NCBI GenBank assembly: GCA_030141605.1
Contig: JAQGDQ010000784.1
Span: forward strand, 1 to 64,000
Reading direction: 5' to 3'
DNA length: 64,000 nt
From: Tubiluchus corallicola
Lineage: Eukaryota > Animalia > Priapulida
Under the pieces are notes generated by a model that was not told where the DNA came from, ran no database searches, and was given only the letters and a program-made list of their open reading frames with translations. Of this stretch, positions 1 to 11,999 are shown piece after piece (positions within the stretch are counted from its first letter, which is position 1; each line of letters begins with the position of its first letter). The position numbers and the translations under genes are program-made.

Positions 1-88
1 CAAAACACCAAACTGTGTAGCTGACAAAGCATTTCAGTGAAAAATCTGAATTCAAAACTGGCAGTTCTCAAACAAAAGAAGCCAAAGG

Positions 89-184
<96 letters not shown>

Positions 185-847
185 CTACACATTATTTTTC
201 ATTACTAGTCGCTCAATCCCTGGTCTCTCATTTTGCAAACAAAAAATTTTGATTTGTAGTTTTAATCTTTAGTTTTTCATTGCCACTAAGTCAGTGCTGA
301 CATCTGTTTGTACACTTGGAAGTTTCCAATATATGTACGTACTTGCTGCTGCTATATGTGTGTATGGAACTGAGGTTACTTGGCTTCTCTGTGAATGTAG
401 TAGTTTTTCACACTTGGTAGCAAGATTAGAGGACAAGCAATAGGCTTAAACAGTTGTTTGGTTATAATAACGTTTTGACTCAGGTGCCATGATATATTGG
501 CTGATGGATTTACTTTGACTTTTGTTTACTACTGTTGATTATGTTTACCATTTTCGTGTATATGTGGATTGACTATGAGACTATGATTTTGAGTAAAATA
601 CAGATCGCAAAGTTAAACCATGTTTTCATCCAGTGATTTCATCTGTTTAACACGAACATCGCAACTACAAAAACAGTCTGATAAACCTGCCAATGTCGGT
701 TGTTGACTCTCCCCAAAACACCCCAGCGACAACTTTAGCATCACGACAATAATCACAAAGGCATGATGACATCACAATGCCACGTATTGCCACCAATAGA
801 AAAACAGCAAGACGCATCACAGAAACCCATGCAGCTTATCAATTCTA

Positions 848-1352
848 ACTCAATCATACTCATACTGCTCACTACTCAATCATACTCATACTGCTCATTC
901 ACCAATCATACTCATACTGCTCATTCACCAATCATACTCATACTGCTCACTACTCAATCATACTCATACTGCTCATTCACCAATCATACTCATACTGCTC
1001 ATTCACCAATCATACTCATACTGCTCACTACTCAATCATACTCATACTGCTCACTACTCAATCATACTCATACTGCTCATTCACCAATCATACTCATACT
1101 GCTCACTACTCAATCATACTCATACTACCCACTACTCAATCATACTCATACTGCTCACTACTCAATCATACTCATACTGCTCACTACTCAATCTTACTCA
1201 TACTGCTCACTACTCAATCACACTCAAACTGCTCACTACTCAATCATACTCATACTGCTCACTACTCAATCATACTCATACCGCTCACTACTCAATCACA
1301 CTCATACTGCTCACTACTCAATCATACTCATACTGCTCACTACTCAATCATA
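848..1352. repeat. Minisatellite, 25-26 bp unit
   Basis: CAATCATACTCATACTGCTCACTACT repeated about 19 times. Confidence 0.95.
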
Positions 1353-1357
1353 CGTAC

Positions 1358-1469
1358 CCAGTATAGTGGAATCGCGTGTGCGTGAGAAAGGTGAGCGTGA
1401 ATTCCAGTCCAGAATAAAGAAACAAGTAGAGAAAGTAGACTAATCCAAGCCTCTCCATTTTGTCCAGAT
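1358..1469 (-). CDS. MFSD10: MFSD10-like exon (TM7); gene continues left of the window
   Basis: 112 nt (phase 1 to 2); DLDKMERLGLVYFLYLFLYSGLEFTLTFLTHTRFHYT; LYLFLxSGLEFTL is characteristic of MFSD10. Confidence 0.93.
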
Positions 1470-1490
1470 CTGAAAGAGGTAATTTTATAC

Positions 1491-3610
1491 CAGCATGAGT
1501 AAATATGGCATTTAGGGGAGACCGGGGTTAGTTGAAACACAGTATGACAGCAAGAGTAAATATAGCATTTAGGGGAGACCGGGGTTAGTTGAAACACAGT
1601 ATGACAGCAAGAGTAAATATAGTATTTAGGGGAGACCGGGGTTAGTTGAAACACAGTATGACAGCAAGAGTAAATATAGTATTTAGGGGAGACCGGGGTT
1701 AGTTGAAACACCGTATGACAGCAAGAGTAAATATGGTATTTAGGGGAGACCGGAGTTAGTTGAAACACCGTATGACAGCATGAGTAAATATGGTATTTAG
1801 GGGAGACCGGAGTTAGTTGAAACACCGTATGACAGCAAGAGTAAATATGGCATTTAGGGGAGACCGGGGTTAGTTGAAACACCGTATGACAGCAAGAGTA
1901 AATATAGTATTTAGGGGAGACCGGAGTTAGTTGAAACACCGTATGACAGCAAGAGTAAATATGGCATTTAGGGGAGACCGGAGTTAGTTGAAACACCGTA
2001 TGACAGCATGAGTAAATATGGCATTTAGGGGAGACCGGAGTTAGATGAAACACCGTATGACAGCATGAGTAAATATAGTATTTAGGGGAGACCGGGGTTA
2101 GTTGAAACACCGTATGACAGCAAGAGTAAATATAGTATTTAGGGGAGACCGGAGTTAGTTGAAACACCGTATGATAGCATGAGTAAATATGGCATTTAGG
2201 GGAGACCGGAGTTAGATGAAACACCGTATGACAGCATGAGTAAATATAGTATTTAGGGGAGACCAGGGTTAGTTGAAACACAGTATGACAGCAAGAGTAA
2301 ATATAGTATTTAGGGGAGACCGGAGTTAGTTGAAACACCGTATGACAGCAAGAGTAAATATGGCATTTAGGGGAGACCGGAGTTAGTTGAAACACCGTAT
2401 GACAGCATGAGTAAATATGGCATTTAGGGGAGACCGGAGTTAGATGAAACACCGTATGACAGCATGAGTAAATATAGTATTTAGGGGAGACCGGGGTTAG
2501 TTGAAACACAGTATGACAGCAAGAGTAAATATAGTATTTAGGGGAGACCGGGGTTAGTTGAAACACCGTATGACAGCAAGAGTAAATATGGCATTTAGGG
2601 GAGACCGGAGTTAGTTGAAACACCGTATGACAGCATGAGTAAATATAGTATTTAGGGAGACCGGGGTTAGTGAAACACGTATGACAGCAAGAGTAAATAT
2701 AGTATTTAGGAGACCGGAGTTAGTTGAAACACCGTATGACAGCAAGAGTAAATATAGTATTTAGGGGAGACCGGAGTTAGTTGAAACACCGTATGACAGC
2801 AAGAGTAAATATGGCATTTAGGGGAGACCGGAGTTAGTTGAAACACCGTATGACAGCATGAGTAAATATGGCATTTAGGGGAGACCGGAGTTAGATGAAA
2901 CACCGTATGACAGCATGAGTAAATATAGTATTTAGGGGAGACCGGGGTTAGTTGAAACACAGTATGACAGCAAGAGTAAATATAGTATTTAGGGGAGACC
3001 GGGGTTAGTTGAAACACCGTATGACAGCAAGAGTAAATATGGCATTTAGGGGAGACCGGAGTTAGTTGAAACACGGTTTGGGGGGGAGTTAGTTGAAACA
3101 CCGTATGACAGCATGAGTAAATATGGCATTTAGGGGAGACCGGAGTTAGATGAAACACCGTATGACAGCATGAGTAAATATAGTATTTAGGGGAGACCGG
3201 GGTTAGTTGAAACACAGTATGACAGCAAGAGTAAATATAGTATTTAGGGGAGACCGGGGTTAGTTGAAACACCGTATGACAGCAAGAGTAAATATAGTAT
3301 TTAGGGGAGACCGGGGTTAGTTGAAACACCGTATGACAGCAAGAGTAAATATGGCATTTAGGGGAGACCGGAGTTAGTTGAAACACCGTTGGGTTTGGTT
3401 TGGGGGGGGGTTAGTTGAAACACAGTATGACAGCAAGAGTAAATATGGCATTTAGGGGAGACCGGGGTTAGTTGAAACACAGTATGACAGCAAGAGTAAA
3501 TATGGCATTTAGGGGAGACCGGAGTTAGATGAAACACAGTATGACAGCAAGAGTAAATATAGTATTTAGGGGAGACCGGAGTTAGTTGAAACACCGTATG
3601 ACAGCAAGAG
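1491..3610. repeat. Minisatellite, 57 bp unit, about 37 copies
   Basis: AGCAAGAGTAAATATAGTATTTAGGGGAGACCGGGGTTAGTTGAAACACCGTATGAC. Confidence 0.97.
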
Positions 3611-3727
3611 GGTTCATAAACTCTTGTCTTTAGTTTGAATACATTTGTTTTCTCATTCAGATTTCTCAATTGTATTTGCTTCCTGTAATGCAAAACTTGT
3701 CGATCGACGACGATGATAACAACAACA

Positions 3728-3743
<16 letters not shown>

Positions 3744-3760
<17 letters not shown>

Positions 3761-4268
3761 GATGTTTGTCCTTCGAATCGAAGATGACCATAGTGACAGG
3801 GATAAAAGGTCAGTTTGGGGGGTTGTCATTCCTTTGATGAGCTCGAAGGTGACTGCCTAGGCCAATTCTTGCCTGGAAATTTCTTTGGCATTTGGCACAG
3901 GTGAGGCTGGGTGTTTGGACCTGTTGTTGGGCAGTGTCACATGCCTTGCGTCTCCTGCGCTTCTCCTCTGCCTCCTCAATTCTTTTCGCCTCTGCTGTCT
4001 TAGCCCCTGTGATGATGGCACTCCGCCATACTGAGCGATCTTGTGCAAGGGTTTCCATTGAGCGGATGTCCATGCTGAGCTCCTTGAGTGAGGCCTTCAA
4101 GCTGTCTTTGAAGCGTTTCTTTGGTCGTCCAACCTTTCTCTTTCCAGACACAAGTTCTCCATAGAGCATCTTCTTTGATATGTGGTTGTCTGGCATGCAA
4201 ATCACATGTCCTGCCCACCGAACTTGTGTTTTGAGGAGGAGTGTATGCATGCTGGGGAGGTCAGCTCT
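3744..4268 (-). mobile_element. 5'-truncated RTE-clade LINE 3' end
   Basis: ORF 3810-4250: RWAGHVICM..K.MLYGEL..GKRKVGRPKKRFKD.LK ... CxxC..RIGLGSHLRAH; (AT)n tail. Confidence 0.92.
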
Positions 4269-4419
4269 TTTAAATATACAATATACAATACAAGTATATG
4301 TATCTATCTTATAAACTCAAAAAGTTTGATGTGGCTTAAAACAAAGAAAAGGCAGCGCCACAAGATAGATTATATCTTACACAAAACACATCTCACCAAA
4401 TGAGATTTAATGCAAATTT

Positions 4420-4943
4420 TTGGCATCCTTCTGTCTCAGAAGACAATGGAGTGTGCGCCAAGAGAGTCAGTTTTTAATCACGTTGATGGAGCTGCAGCAT
4501 CGACTGTGGCTGAGCAGTGCGATCCTTGAACGTCTCCAGGGCACACGCCTGGGAAAGGGGTATGGAGATCCTGAGTTGCCCAGACAACAGGAACCCCCTC
4601 TCTTCCTCCCTGGTATAGTCCAAAGGAAAGCGGAGCGATACGTTTGGCACCAGGTTGGCTGCAGGAGCTGCTTGAGTCAGTGAGTATGCTGCACTGGTCC
4701 TGATTTGGAAGGTTTACTCCTCTTCACATGGCTGTTGGGTCACTCGACCTCCTCCGCCCTCTAGCCATTGGCTGCTTGTGTAGCTCCTCTGCCTAGTGTC
4801 GAGATACAGTGTGGGCATCCCGCAAACCTACAGCACCTGGCATTCCTAGGCAGTCACCCATCCAAGTACTAACCAGGCTCTACGTTGCTTAACTTCGGTG
4901 ATCAGACGAGAACCGGTGTTTTCAACGTGATTTGGCCATAGTA
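4420..4943 (-). mobile_element. 5S rRNA-headed SINE (SINE3-type), copy 1
   Basis: 5S-like head at 4824-4942 followed by a ~400 bp body shared with 12000-12548. Confidence 0.88.
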
Positions 4944-4983
4944 TGAAACAATTTAAACAAAAATAAAATACAGATAAAATTAT

Positions 4984-5388
4984 GGAACATTCGCGCAAGA
5001 AATACTTGAGGTACAGGTTGGTCTAAAAGTAAAATACCGCAGTTGTACGTTCATCTAACATCATTTTCATTCAGCAATTGGGAAAAACTTACCCTTTCTT
5101 TGCGTGTTTTTCATTGGGGGAACATTCACGCAACAAATACTCGAGGTACAGGTTGGTCTAGAAGTAAACTACCGCAGTTGTACGTTCGTCTAACATCATT
5201 TTCATTCAGCAATCGGGAAAAACTTACCCTTTCTTTGCGTGTTTTTCATTGGGGGAACATTCACGCAACAAATACTCGAGGTACAGGTTGGTCTAAAAGT
5301 AAAATACCGCAGTTGTACGTTCGTCTAACATCATTTTCATTCAGCAATTGGGAAAAACTTACCCTTTCTTTGCGTGTTTTTCATTGGG
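4984..5388. repeat. 135 bp x3 tandem repeat overlapping an exon end
   Basis: Donor-containing unit recurs at 5092, 5227 and 5362. Confidence 0.95.
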
Positions 5389-5459
5389 CGAAATTTGAAC
5401 AGTGAAACAGGATTGATGAAGTTCACCGCATCAGACAAACTTTGCACCAAAGACGACGC
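5363..5459 (-). CDS. MFSD10: MFSD10-like exon (central loop)
   Basis: 97 nt (phase 0 to 1); ASSLVQSLSDAVNFINPVSLFKFRPMKNTQRK; donor GTAAGT. Confidence 0.9.
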
Positions 5460-5787
5460 CTGAAAACAAGAAAAGAGGAAATCTTCTCCATATTCAATTC
5501 AAACAGTTTTGTTGACATACCCCACATGCGAACAGCGCAAGTTTTTAACATAGGTTACTACTTTGCATTCTGCAAAACACAATCAAGACTGCTTTACAAA
5601 GCTACTTAAGTAACTTACATGGATGAGAATGACAAATTGCAAAAAACACTGAAACAGGCCCGGGGTTTTGGGGCCGCCTAGGCCCCCAATGGGGTTGAGG
5701 GGCAAAGCCCTCATGGGGGTGCAAGGCAGTGATGCCTCCTTGGAGCCAGCAACATTCTTTTGTTTCGTTACAATCATCGCATTTCAA

Positions 5788-6575
5788 TTTGTTACCAAAA
5801 CTGAGAAGAAACGAATGCTCTTCTGTTTCATTTCGATCAGTGACCTCTATTTGTTACCAAAACTGAGAAGAAACGAATGCTCTTCTGTTTCATTTCGATC
5901 AGTGACCTCTATTTGTTACCAAAACAGAGAAGAAACGAACGCTCTTCTGTTTCATTTCGATCAGCGACCTCTATTTGTTACCAAAACTGAGAAGAAACGA
6001 ACGCTCTTCTGTTTCATTTCGATCAGTGACCTCTATTGTTACCAAAATCGAGAAGAAACGAACATTCTTCTGTTTCATTTCGATCAGTGACCTCTATTTG
6101 TTACCAAAACAGAGAAGAAACGAACGTTCTTTTGTTTCATTTCGATCAGTGACCTCTATTTGTTACCAAAACTGAGAAGAAACGAACGCTCTTCTGTTTC
6201 ATTTCGATCAGTGACCTCTATTTGTTACCAAAATTGAGAAGAAACGAACGCTCTTCTGTTTCATTTCGATCAGTGACCTCTATTTGTTACCAAAATTGAG
6301 AAGAAACAAATGCTCTTCTGTTTCATTTCGATCAGTGACCTCTATTTGTTACCAAAACTGAGAAGAAACGAACGTTCTTCTGTTTCATTTCGATCAGTGA
6401 CCTCTATTTGTTACCAAAATTGAGAAGAAACGAATGTTTTATTGTTTCGTTTCGATCAGCGACCTCTATTTGTTACGAAAACTGAGAAGAAACGAATGTT
6501 CTTTTGTTTTGTTAAAATCAGTTCACTTCTGTTTGTTACCAGAGCTGAGAAGGAACGAACGTTCTTTTGTTTTGT
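5788..6575. repeat. Minisatellite, 62 bp unit, about 12 copies
   Basis: TTTGTTACCAAAACTGAGAAGAAACGAA...GATCAGTGACCTCTA. Confidence 0.95.
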
Positions 6576-6617
6576 TTAATTTTGCGCACAAATTCAGTTA
6601 ATTACTCACTAACTCAC

Positions 6618-6806
6618 CCTGCTTTCTGGCGGTAGAGTTTCTTTGAACAACAACTTTATGATCAATAAATCGAGAACGGTGACGGCAACGGCAAGCAACG
6701 CAGGCGCTACGTAGAAATCGTCCCTGCTGGCGCCCAAGCGCGCAAACGAGGCGCCGATGAGTGGACCGAGCAGGAAGCCGAGAGAGAATGCAACACCAAT
6801 CAGAGC
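6618..6806 (-). CDS. MFSD10: MFSD10-like exon (antiporter motif C)
   Basis: 189 nt; ALIGVAFSLGFLLGPLIGASFARLGASRDDFYVAPALLAVAVTVLDLLIIKLLFKETLPPESR. Confidence 0.95.
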
Positions 6807-7104
6807 CTGAAACAGTCAAGAATCGGCTGTAAAACTGCGTTTTTTGCGTAACTTAGCAACGGAAACAGAATTGGCTGTGAAACCACATGGATAACATTTT
6901 TTGCATAACTTAGCAACGAAAAAACAGAATTTATAGAAAACCGAAACACATTTTACCATTAAGAAGTACTTAATTCTATTGCACAAATTTGTCCCAAATC
7001 AAATTAACAGTGAAACTGTTAGAAGTGAAAAAATTAGATGGTATATGAAAGCAAATGATAACATTCCGTACAGAGGCTGAAAAATGCCCTCAATATCTAT
7101 AAAT

Positions 7105-7608
7105 CAGGGATGAGAATGACAAATTGTAAAAAACTCTGAAACAGGCCGGGGGTTTTGGGGCCACCTAGGCCCCCAATGGAGCTCAAAGGTAGCCAGCAAC
7201 AAATTGCAATTTTGCGACTGTAGAGAGCCTCTAAGTGGACTTAAAATATCAGTTACCTTGTTTCATGCATAATTTAAAATACCCAACTATCAAGGATACA
7301 TGATGCCTAATTGTCCCAAAAATGCCTAAGTACTGGCCGCTCCTATGCAAAAGTATATAAAAACTGTCTGCAATTGGCTCAAATAACTCTATTGATTCTA
7401 TATTTTTATACATAGAGATATACACGTGGTTACGCTGATGTACATGATGTAAACAAAGTGACGGCCTGCCACCTAGCGGTCAGCTTGGGAAATAATGTAC
7501 CGGGTCCGTAAAAATTTTCTCAACGAATTTACGCCATTTACAAAAACGGCACTACTGGTCTTCCAAAAACTCGGAATTCCGCATATCCGGGGAAAATTCT
7601 CATCCCTG
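7105..7608. mobile_element. MITE with TIR CAGGGATGAGAAT (partial relatives at ~5620-5760 and ~11349-11510)
   Basis: 13-bp terminal inverted repeat; left end repeated three times in the window; no clear TSD. Confidence 0.7.
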
Positions 7609-7623
7609 TTTTTACACGCTCAC

Positions 7624-7782
7624 CATTCCTTTGCCCCGGGTTTTCTCAGACGACACGTCGGTGATGATGGCCGAGCTCAAACTGACGTTGCCCTTGCTTA
7701 TGCCGCCGATGATTCTGGCCAGAAGAAAAATGCCAAAGTTTTTGGACATGGCCCAGACAATGTAGGAAATCATCATGCCAAC
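7624..7782 (-). CDS. MFSD10: MFSD10-like exon
   Basis: 159 nt; VGMMISYIVWAMSKNFGIFLLARIIGGISKGNVSLSSAIITDVSSEKTRGKGM; GGISKGNVSLS is an MFSD10 signature. Confidence 0.95.
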
Positions 7783-7929
7783 CTTTTAACAAAGAACAAC
7801 AATTCAGTTAAAAGTGGAGTTGGCTACAATGCGCATTAATTTAGTTTAAACCGCATTTATTTATAGTGGATTTACAAAACAGACTGTGTCTGATACAGGT
7901 ATCTCCACAATGAGCATTATTGCCCAAAC

Positions 7930-8389
7930 CAGGGGTGTGCAAATTGCGGCCCGCGAAGAGATTTGTCAACCTAATGAAAGTGCGGCCCGGGCGATTAATT
8001 GAGTGTATCCAGCTGAAGTCCGTGCCACGATCCCAAAGATAGTGCGGGTAGTTTTTTCTACTAGATCGGATGCCATTAACCCTTACAAGACGGTTGTAGC
8101 TTAATGTCACTGTACTACACAGACTGTGTGATACACATTACTAATATGCATTGTAATGAAATTACCACTATCTGTCCTGAAAGTAGAAATATATGGTTTG
8201 TAATATAAATTTTAATAACTTCTAAAATAGTTTCTTGAGTGTAGTAGTAATGATGTACGCAGGTCGGATTAAAAAAAATCGTTATTAGGCCTTTCTGAAC
8301 TTGGCTCCTTGATCAAACTGTTAGTGGCCCACAGGAATTGCGGGAAAGTTTAATGTGGCCCGGCTAGTCAGATAATTTGCAAACCCCTG
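7930..8389 (+). mobile_element. hAT (Buster/Charlie-like) MITE family A, copy 1
   Basis: TIR CAGGGGTGTGCAAATT; near-identical to four other copies; flanks do not form a TSD. Confidence 0.9.
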
Positions 8390-8623
8390 CTCTATATGAT
8401 ACTTTTGTGTATCTTCAAACTTAGCTTATATTGTCAGAGCATTTAATAAGTATGCCATGCAAAAACGTGACAGGCCTTGGACTTACAGAGATCATATAAA
8501 CCATTTTGCAGGTAGATGGAGTTTAACTTCAATGATGCAAGATCGGCGTTGGACTCACGCGTGACAAAAAGAGCCACCTAGCGACTAAGTAACGTAACTA
8601 ACGCTGGAAATGTATGTTTTTAC

Positions 8624-8727
8624 CATAGTCAGAAGCATGAGACGTTTCCTCCCGTAGACATCGGAGAGTCCTCCGATCAACGGAGAAGCGAGGAATTGTA
8701 AAAGAGAGAACAGCGATCCTATCACAC
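8624..8727 (-). CDS. MFSD10: MFSD10-like exon (MFS motif A)
   Basis: 104 nt (phase 1 to 0); GVIGSLFSLLQFLASPLIGGLSDVYGRKRLMLLTM, containing the GxxSDxxGRK motif A. Confidence 0.95.
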
Positions 8728-8791
8728 CTGCAGAAAAAACATGGATGTATAAACCTGATGTTTAAAACTGTTTAGTTTTTGCAATGTTTGA

Positions 8792-9904
8792 TAGGCGTGA
8801 GCATTCGAATGTTCAAATCAAAAAATGCCAACTCGCTGTCCATAATTAAAAATAATTATAAATTAAACTTACTTGAAACATATAACTGATCACTCAATCA
8901 CGATTTGTTGTTTTCCATTTTCAAAAACTTCCCCTCTAGTATAATAATATTTTTATTACTTCCCACCCGTATTTATATTTGTATATGTTGTAATATTGTA
9001 TCTGTATATATTGTAATATTGTATCTGTATATATTGTAATATTGTTTCTGCATATATTGTAATTTTTTTTGTAACTAATTCCAGTGGCCTACCATAAGCT
9101 AGCTTCTTAGGTCTCTAGCGCAGAATTCATGAATTGTATCATATTTTTGCATTAACAAAAACTGATTATCAATGCACATGTAATGTATATGTATATTTTT
9201 ATTGCGAAATAAATCTATTAAATCCAAAAAAACGTCAACTAAATTCATTTCTGCTCAGGCGTAAAAACATTTCAAACATCAAGCAAACAGCACAATTTAG
9301 CTGTGATATCTGTGCACAGTATTTAAATTCATCGTTAGTGTGTTTAGTGCAGAACGAAATTGTTGGGTTTTGTTTCTCTCGGAAGGTTCGCAGAGAAAAC
9401 CAGAAAACACGCCGTTAAATATTACTGCTTTATTTAGCGAGAATTCTATGACACAAGAGTATGAAGGAACGTTGAAATGGTTACAATAAACGTAAAAATC
9501 TGGAAAACGTTTAAGTAAGTATACAACTAAATGCATAAACATAAGTCCGTGTTGATCTGTGTGATCCCGTGTCGGCAGCCTGCTTCGCCTTATATAGCGC
9601 GCTGTAGAAACTTCCAGAACAAATGTTCGAGAACAATCCAGACGGTAAGGCGGTCGGACGGAACATTCTACGATGTTCTATGCAATTCTACTTGACGTCA
9701 GCGATCTCCAGAACAAAAATCAAGTAATATGCATGACATTTGTGCGACCATTTTAAATGGTAATTCGAAAAATTTCTGTGAAAATCATTAAAATTAAATT
9801 TGAATTTGATTTGGATTGCAAAATGTTGAAAATTGGTTTTATTCGAGTTCGAAACTTGCAAATTGAATACGAATTCTCTTTCTAGTAGGGAATGCTCATC
9901 GTTA
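8792..9904. mobile_element. Degenerate hAT-like element related to the mini element at 24828-24923
   Basis: Ends TAGGCGTGAGCATTC / GAATGCTCATCGTTA; right end matches the reverse complement of 24828-24870; TTCGAA subterminal motifs. Confidence 0.6.
9361..9738 (-). mobile_element. Solo-LTR-like segment with a heat-shock promoter
   Basis: TG...CA ends (TGTCATG...CCCAACA), HSE arrays, TATATAA and a downstream AATAAA, in U3-R-U5 order on the minus strand; no TSD seen. Confidence 0.55.
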
Positions 9905-10029
9905 CTGCTTAGGTGCGACTAATACGACCAAGTCATGTATGAAGACAAACACATCCTGTGTGCATGCCTATCTCATCAGCAATGTCAAAGACAGTATGCC
10001 AGATGAAGTCACTCAAAAGCACTTTTCTA

Positions 10030-10399
10030 GGCAATCATCCACTCATTAGCTGACCAGAGTGAGCATTGCTTAGCTTTGCTTTCTACATGCCCAATTGACA
10101 AAAATTTCAATTTATTGTCCTTAGGCGATCATCCACTCATTAGCTGGCCAGAGTGAGCATTGCTTAACTTTGCTTTCTACATGCCCAATTGACAAAAATT
10201 TCAATTTATTGTCCTTAGGCGATCATCCACTCATTAGCTGACCAGAGTGAGCATTGCTTAACTTTGCTTTCTACATGCCCAATTGACAAAAATTTCAATT
10301 TATTGTCCTTAGGCGATCATCCACTCATTAGCTGACCAGAGTGAGCATTGCTTAACTTTGCTTTCTACATGCCCAATTGACAAAAATTTCAGTTTATTG
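10030..10399. repeat. 94 bp x ~4 tandem repeat
   Basis: Units start at 10030, 10124, 10218 and 10312. Confidence 0.93.
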
Positions 10400-10495
10400 G
10401 TAAAAAAACTATCAAATGGACGAATAAAGAATGCGCGTGGATTTACAACGAGATACAATGTCTGATTACAAACTGGAGAGATTTTGTGAATTTAC

Positions 10496-10592
10496 CTCCA
10501 AATAGTACCGAGTTAAATTTCCGAGTGTCCGGGGCACCCAACATCACGCGGAAGTTAGTCACCTTATCCGCCAGCCATGCATACAAACCATC
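10496..10592 (-). CDS. MFSD10: MFSD10-like exon
   Basis: AG/GT bounded, 97 nt (phase 0 to 1); DGLYAWLADKVTNFRVMLGAPDTRKFNSVLFG(G). Confidence 0.92.
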
Positions 10593-10677
10593 CTGCAATA
10601 ACAATCAGGAAAATAATGCCGAAAACCTGACTGCTTTTATTAGTTGAAGTGGGAGTCAAAAAAAGTAAGATGTACAG

Positions 10678-11159
10678 CAGGGGTGTGCAAATTGCGGCCC
10701 GCGGAGAGAATTTGTGCAGCCCGTGAAGAGATTTGTCAACCTAATGAAAGTGCAGCCCGGGCGATTAATTGAGTGTATCCAGCTGAAGTCCGCGCCACAA
10801 TCCCAAAGATAGTGCGGGTAGTTTTTCTACTAGATCGGATGCCATTAATCCTTACAAGACGGTTGTAGCTTAATGTCACTGTACTACACAGACTGTGTGA
10901 TACACATTACTAATATGCATTGTAATGAAATTACCACTATCTGTCGTGAAATTAGAAATATATGGTTTGTAAGATAAATTTTAATAACTTCTAAAATAGT
11001 TTCTTGAGCGTAGTAGTAATGATGTACGCAGGTCGGATGCAAAAAATATCGTTGTTAGGCCTTTCTGTACTTGGCTCCTTGATCAAACTGCCTGTGGCCC
11101 GCAGGAATTGCGGGAAAGCTTAATGTGGCCCAGCTAGTCAGATAATTTGCACACCCCTG
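10678..11159 (+). mobile_element. hAT MITE family A, copy 2
   Basis: TIRs and 8-bp TSD ATGTACAG. Confidence 0.95.
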
Positions 11160-11999
11160 ATGTACAGGTACTGCATACGGACAAAACGAAACGCTAAACC
11201 TGTCATAGTTATCCAGATTCATTCAGACAATAATTATCATAATGACCTTATGAGCATCTTTGTTAAACGAACATTAATGTTATGAAGATGCACTGATATG
11301 TCTGATAATTCTGCTTTAAACACACGGTCAATCTTAATCAATCACACACAGAGATGAGAATGACAAATTGCAAAAAAACTCTGAAACAAGTCGGGGGTTT
11401 GGGGGCCGCAGAGCCAGCAACAAATTGCAACTTTGTGACCATAGAGAGCCTCTAAGTGGACTTAGTTATCTAGTATATCTAAATATCAGTTACCTTGTTT
11501 CATGCATATATGTTTCATGTATTCTGGAAAACCGAATACTAATGTATAGCAACCCATGTTAAAAAATATGGTCAATTCTCGACCCATGACTATGTTACAC
11601 ATGATCTATGTTTCAACATTAAACAAAAAAGAAATTCCTGACTTCATCCTTGACGAAATTGAACATATATTACTAACATTGCTAACTAATAAATTATTTA
11701 TATATATATATATTTACTCATTGTATTGTATTATCAATTGTAATATTATTGCATTATTCGTATTTATTTGTGAATAACGCACAACTCGTAAATGATAGTA
11801 CAAATGCAACCACTTAAAACAATCCAGTATGAAAATTTGTATGGATTTCTGCGCTCTGTGTGAACGGGGCTTAACAGTCGGAGAAACAAAACTTCAGCAT
11901 TTGCGCAATAATAGTTACGGCATCCTAGGAAACATTTCAAATAGAAACTGTAAACATATTTACTAACAATCTAAACAGTAAGTAACTAAATAATTCTTT

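Noticed and set aside
1340-3693. Long repetitive ORFs (427, 226 and 111 aa) and a CRISPR-like look of the 57-bp array
   Set aside because: Contiguous minisatellite without unique spacers; unit length divisible by 3 keeps frames open; lies in an MFSD10 intron; eukaryotic context with no cas genes
4824-4942. 5S rRNA genes (also 12429-12547)
   Set aside because: Dispersed and intronic, mutated, lacking an oligo-T terminator and fused to a shared SINE body, so treated as SINE heads
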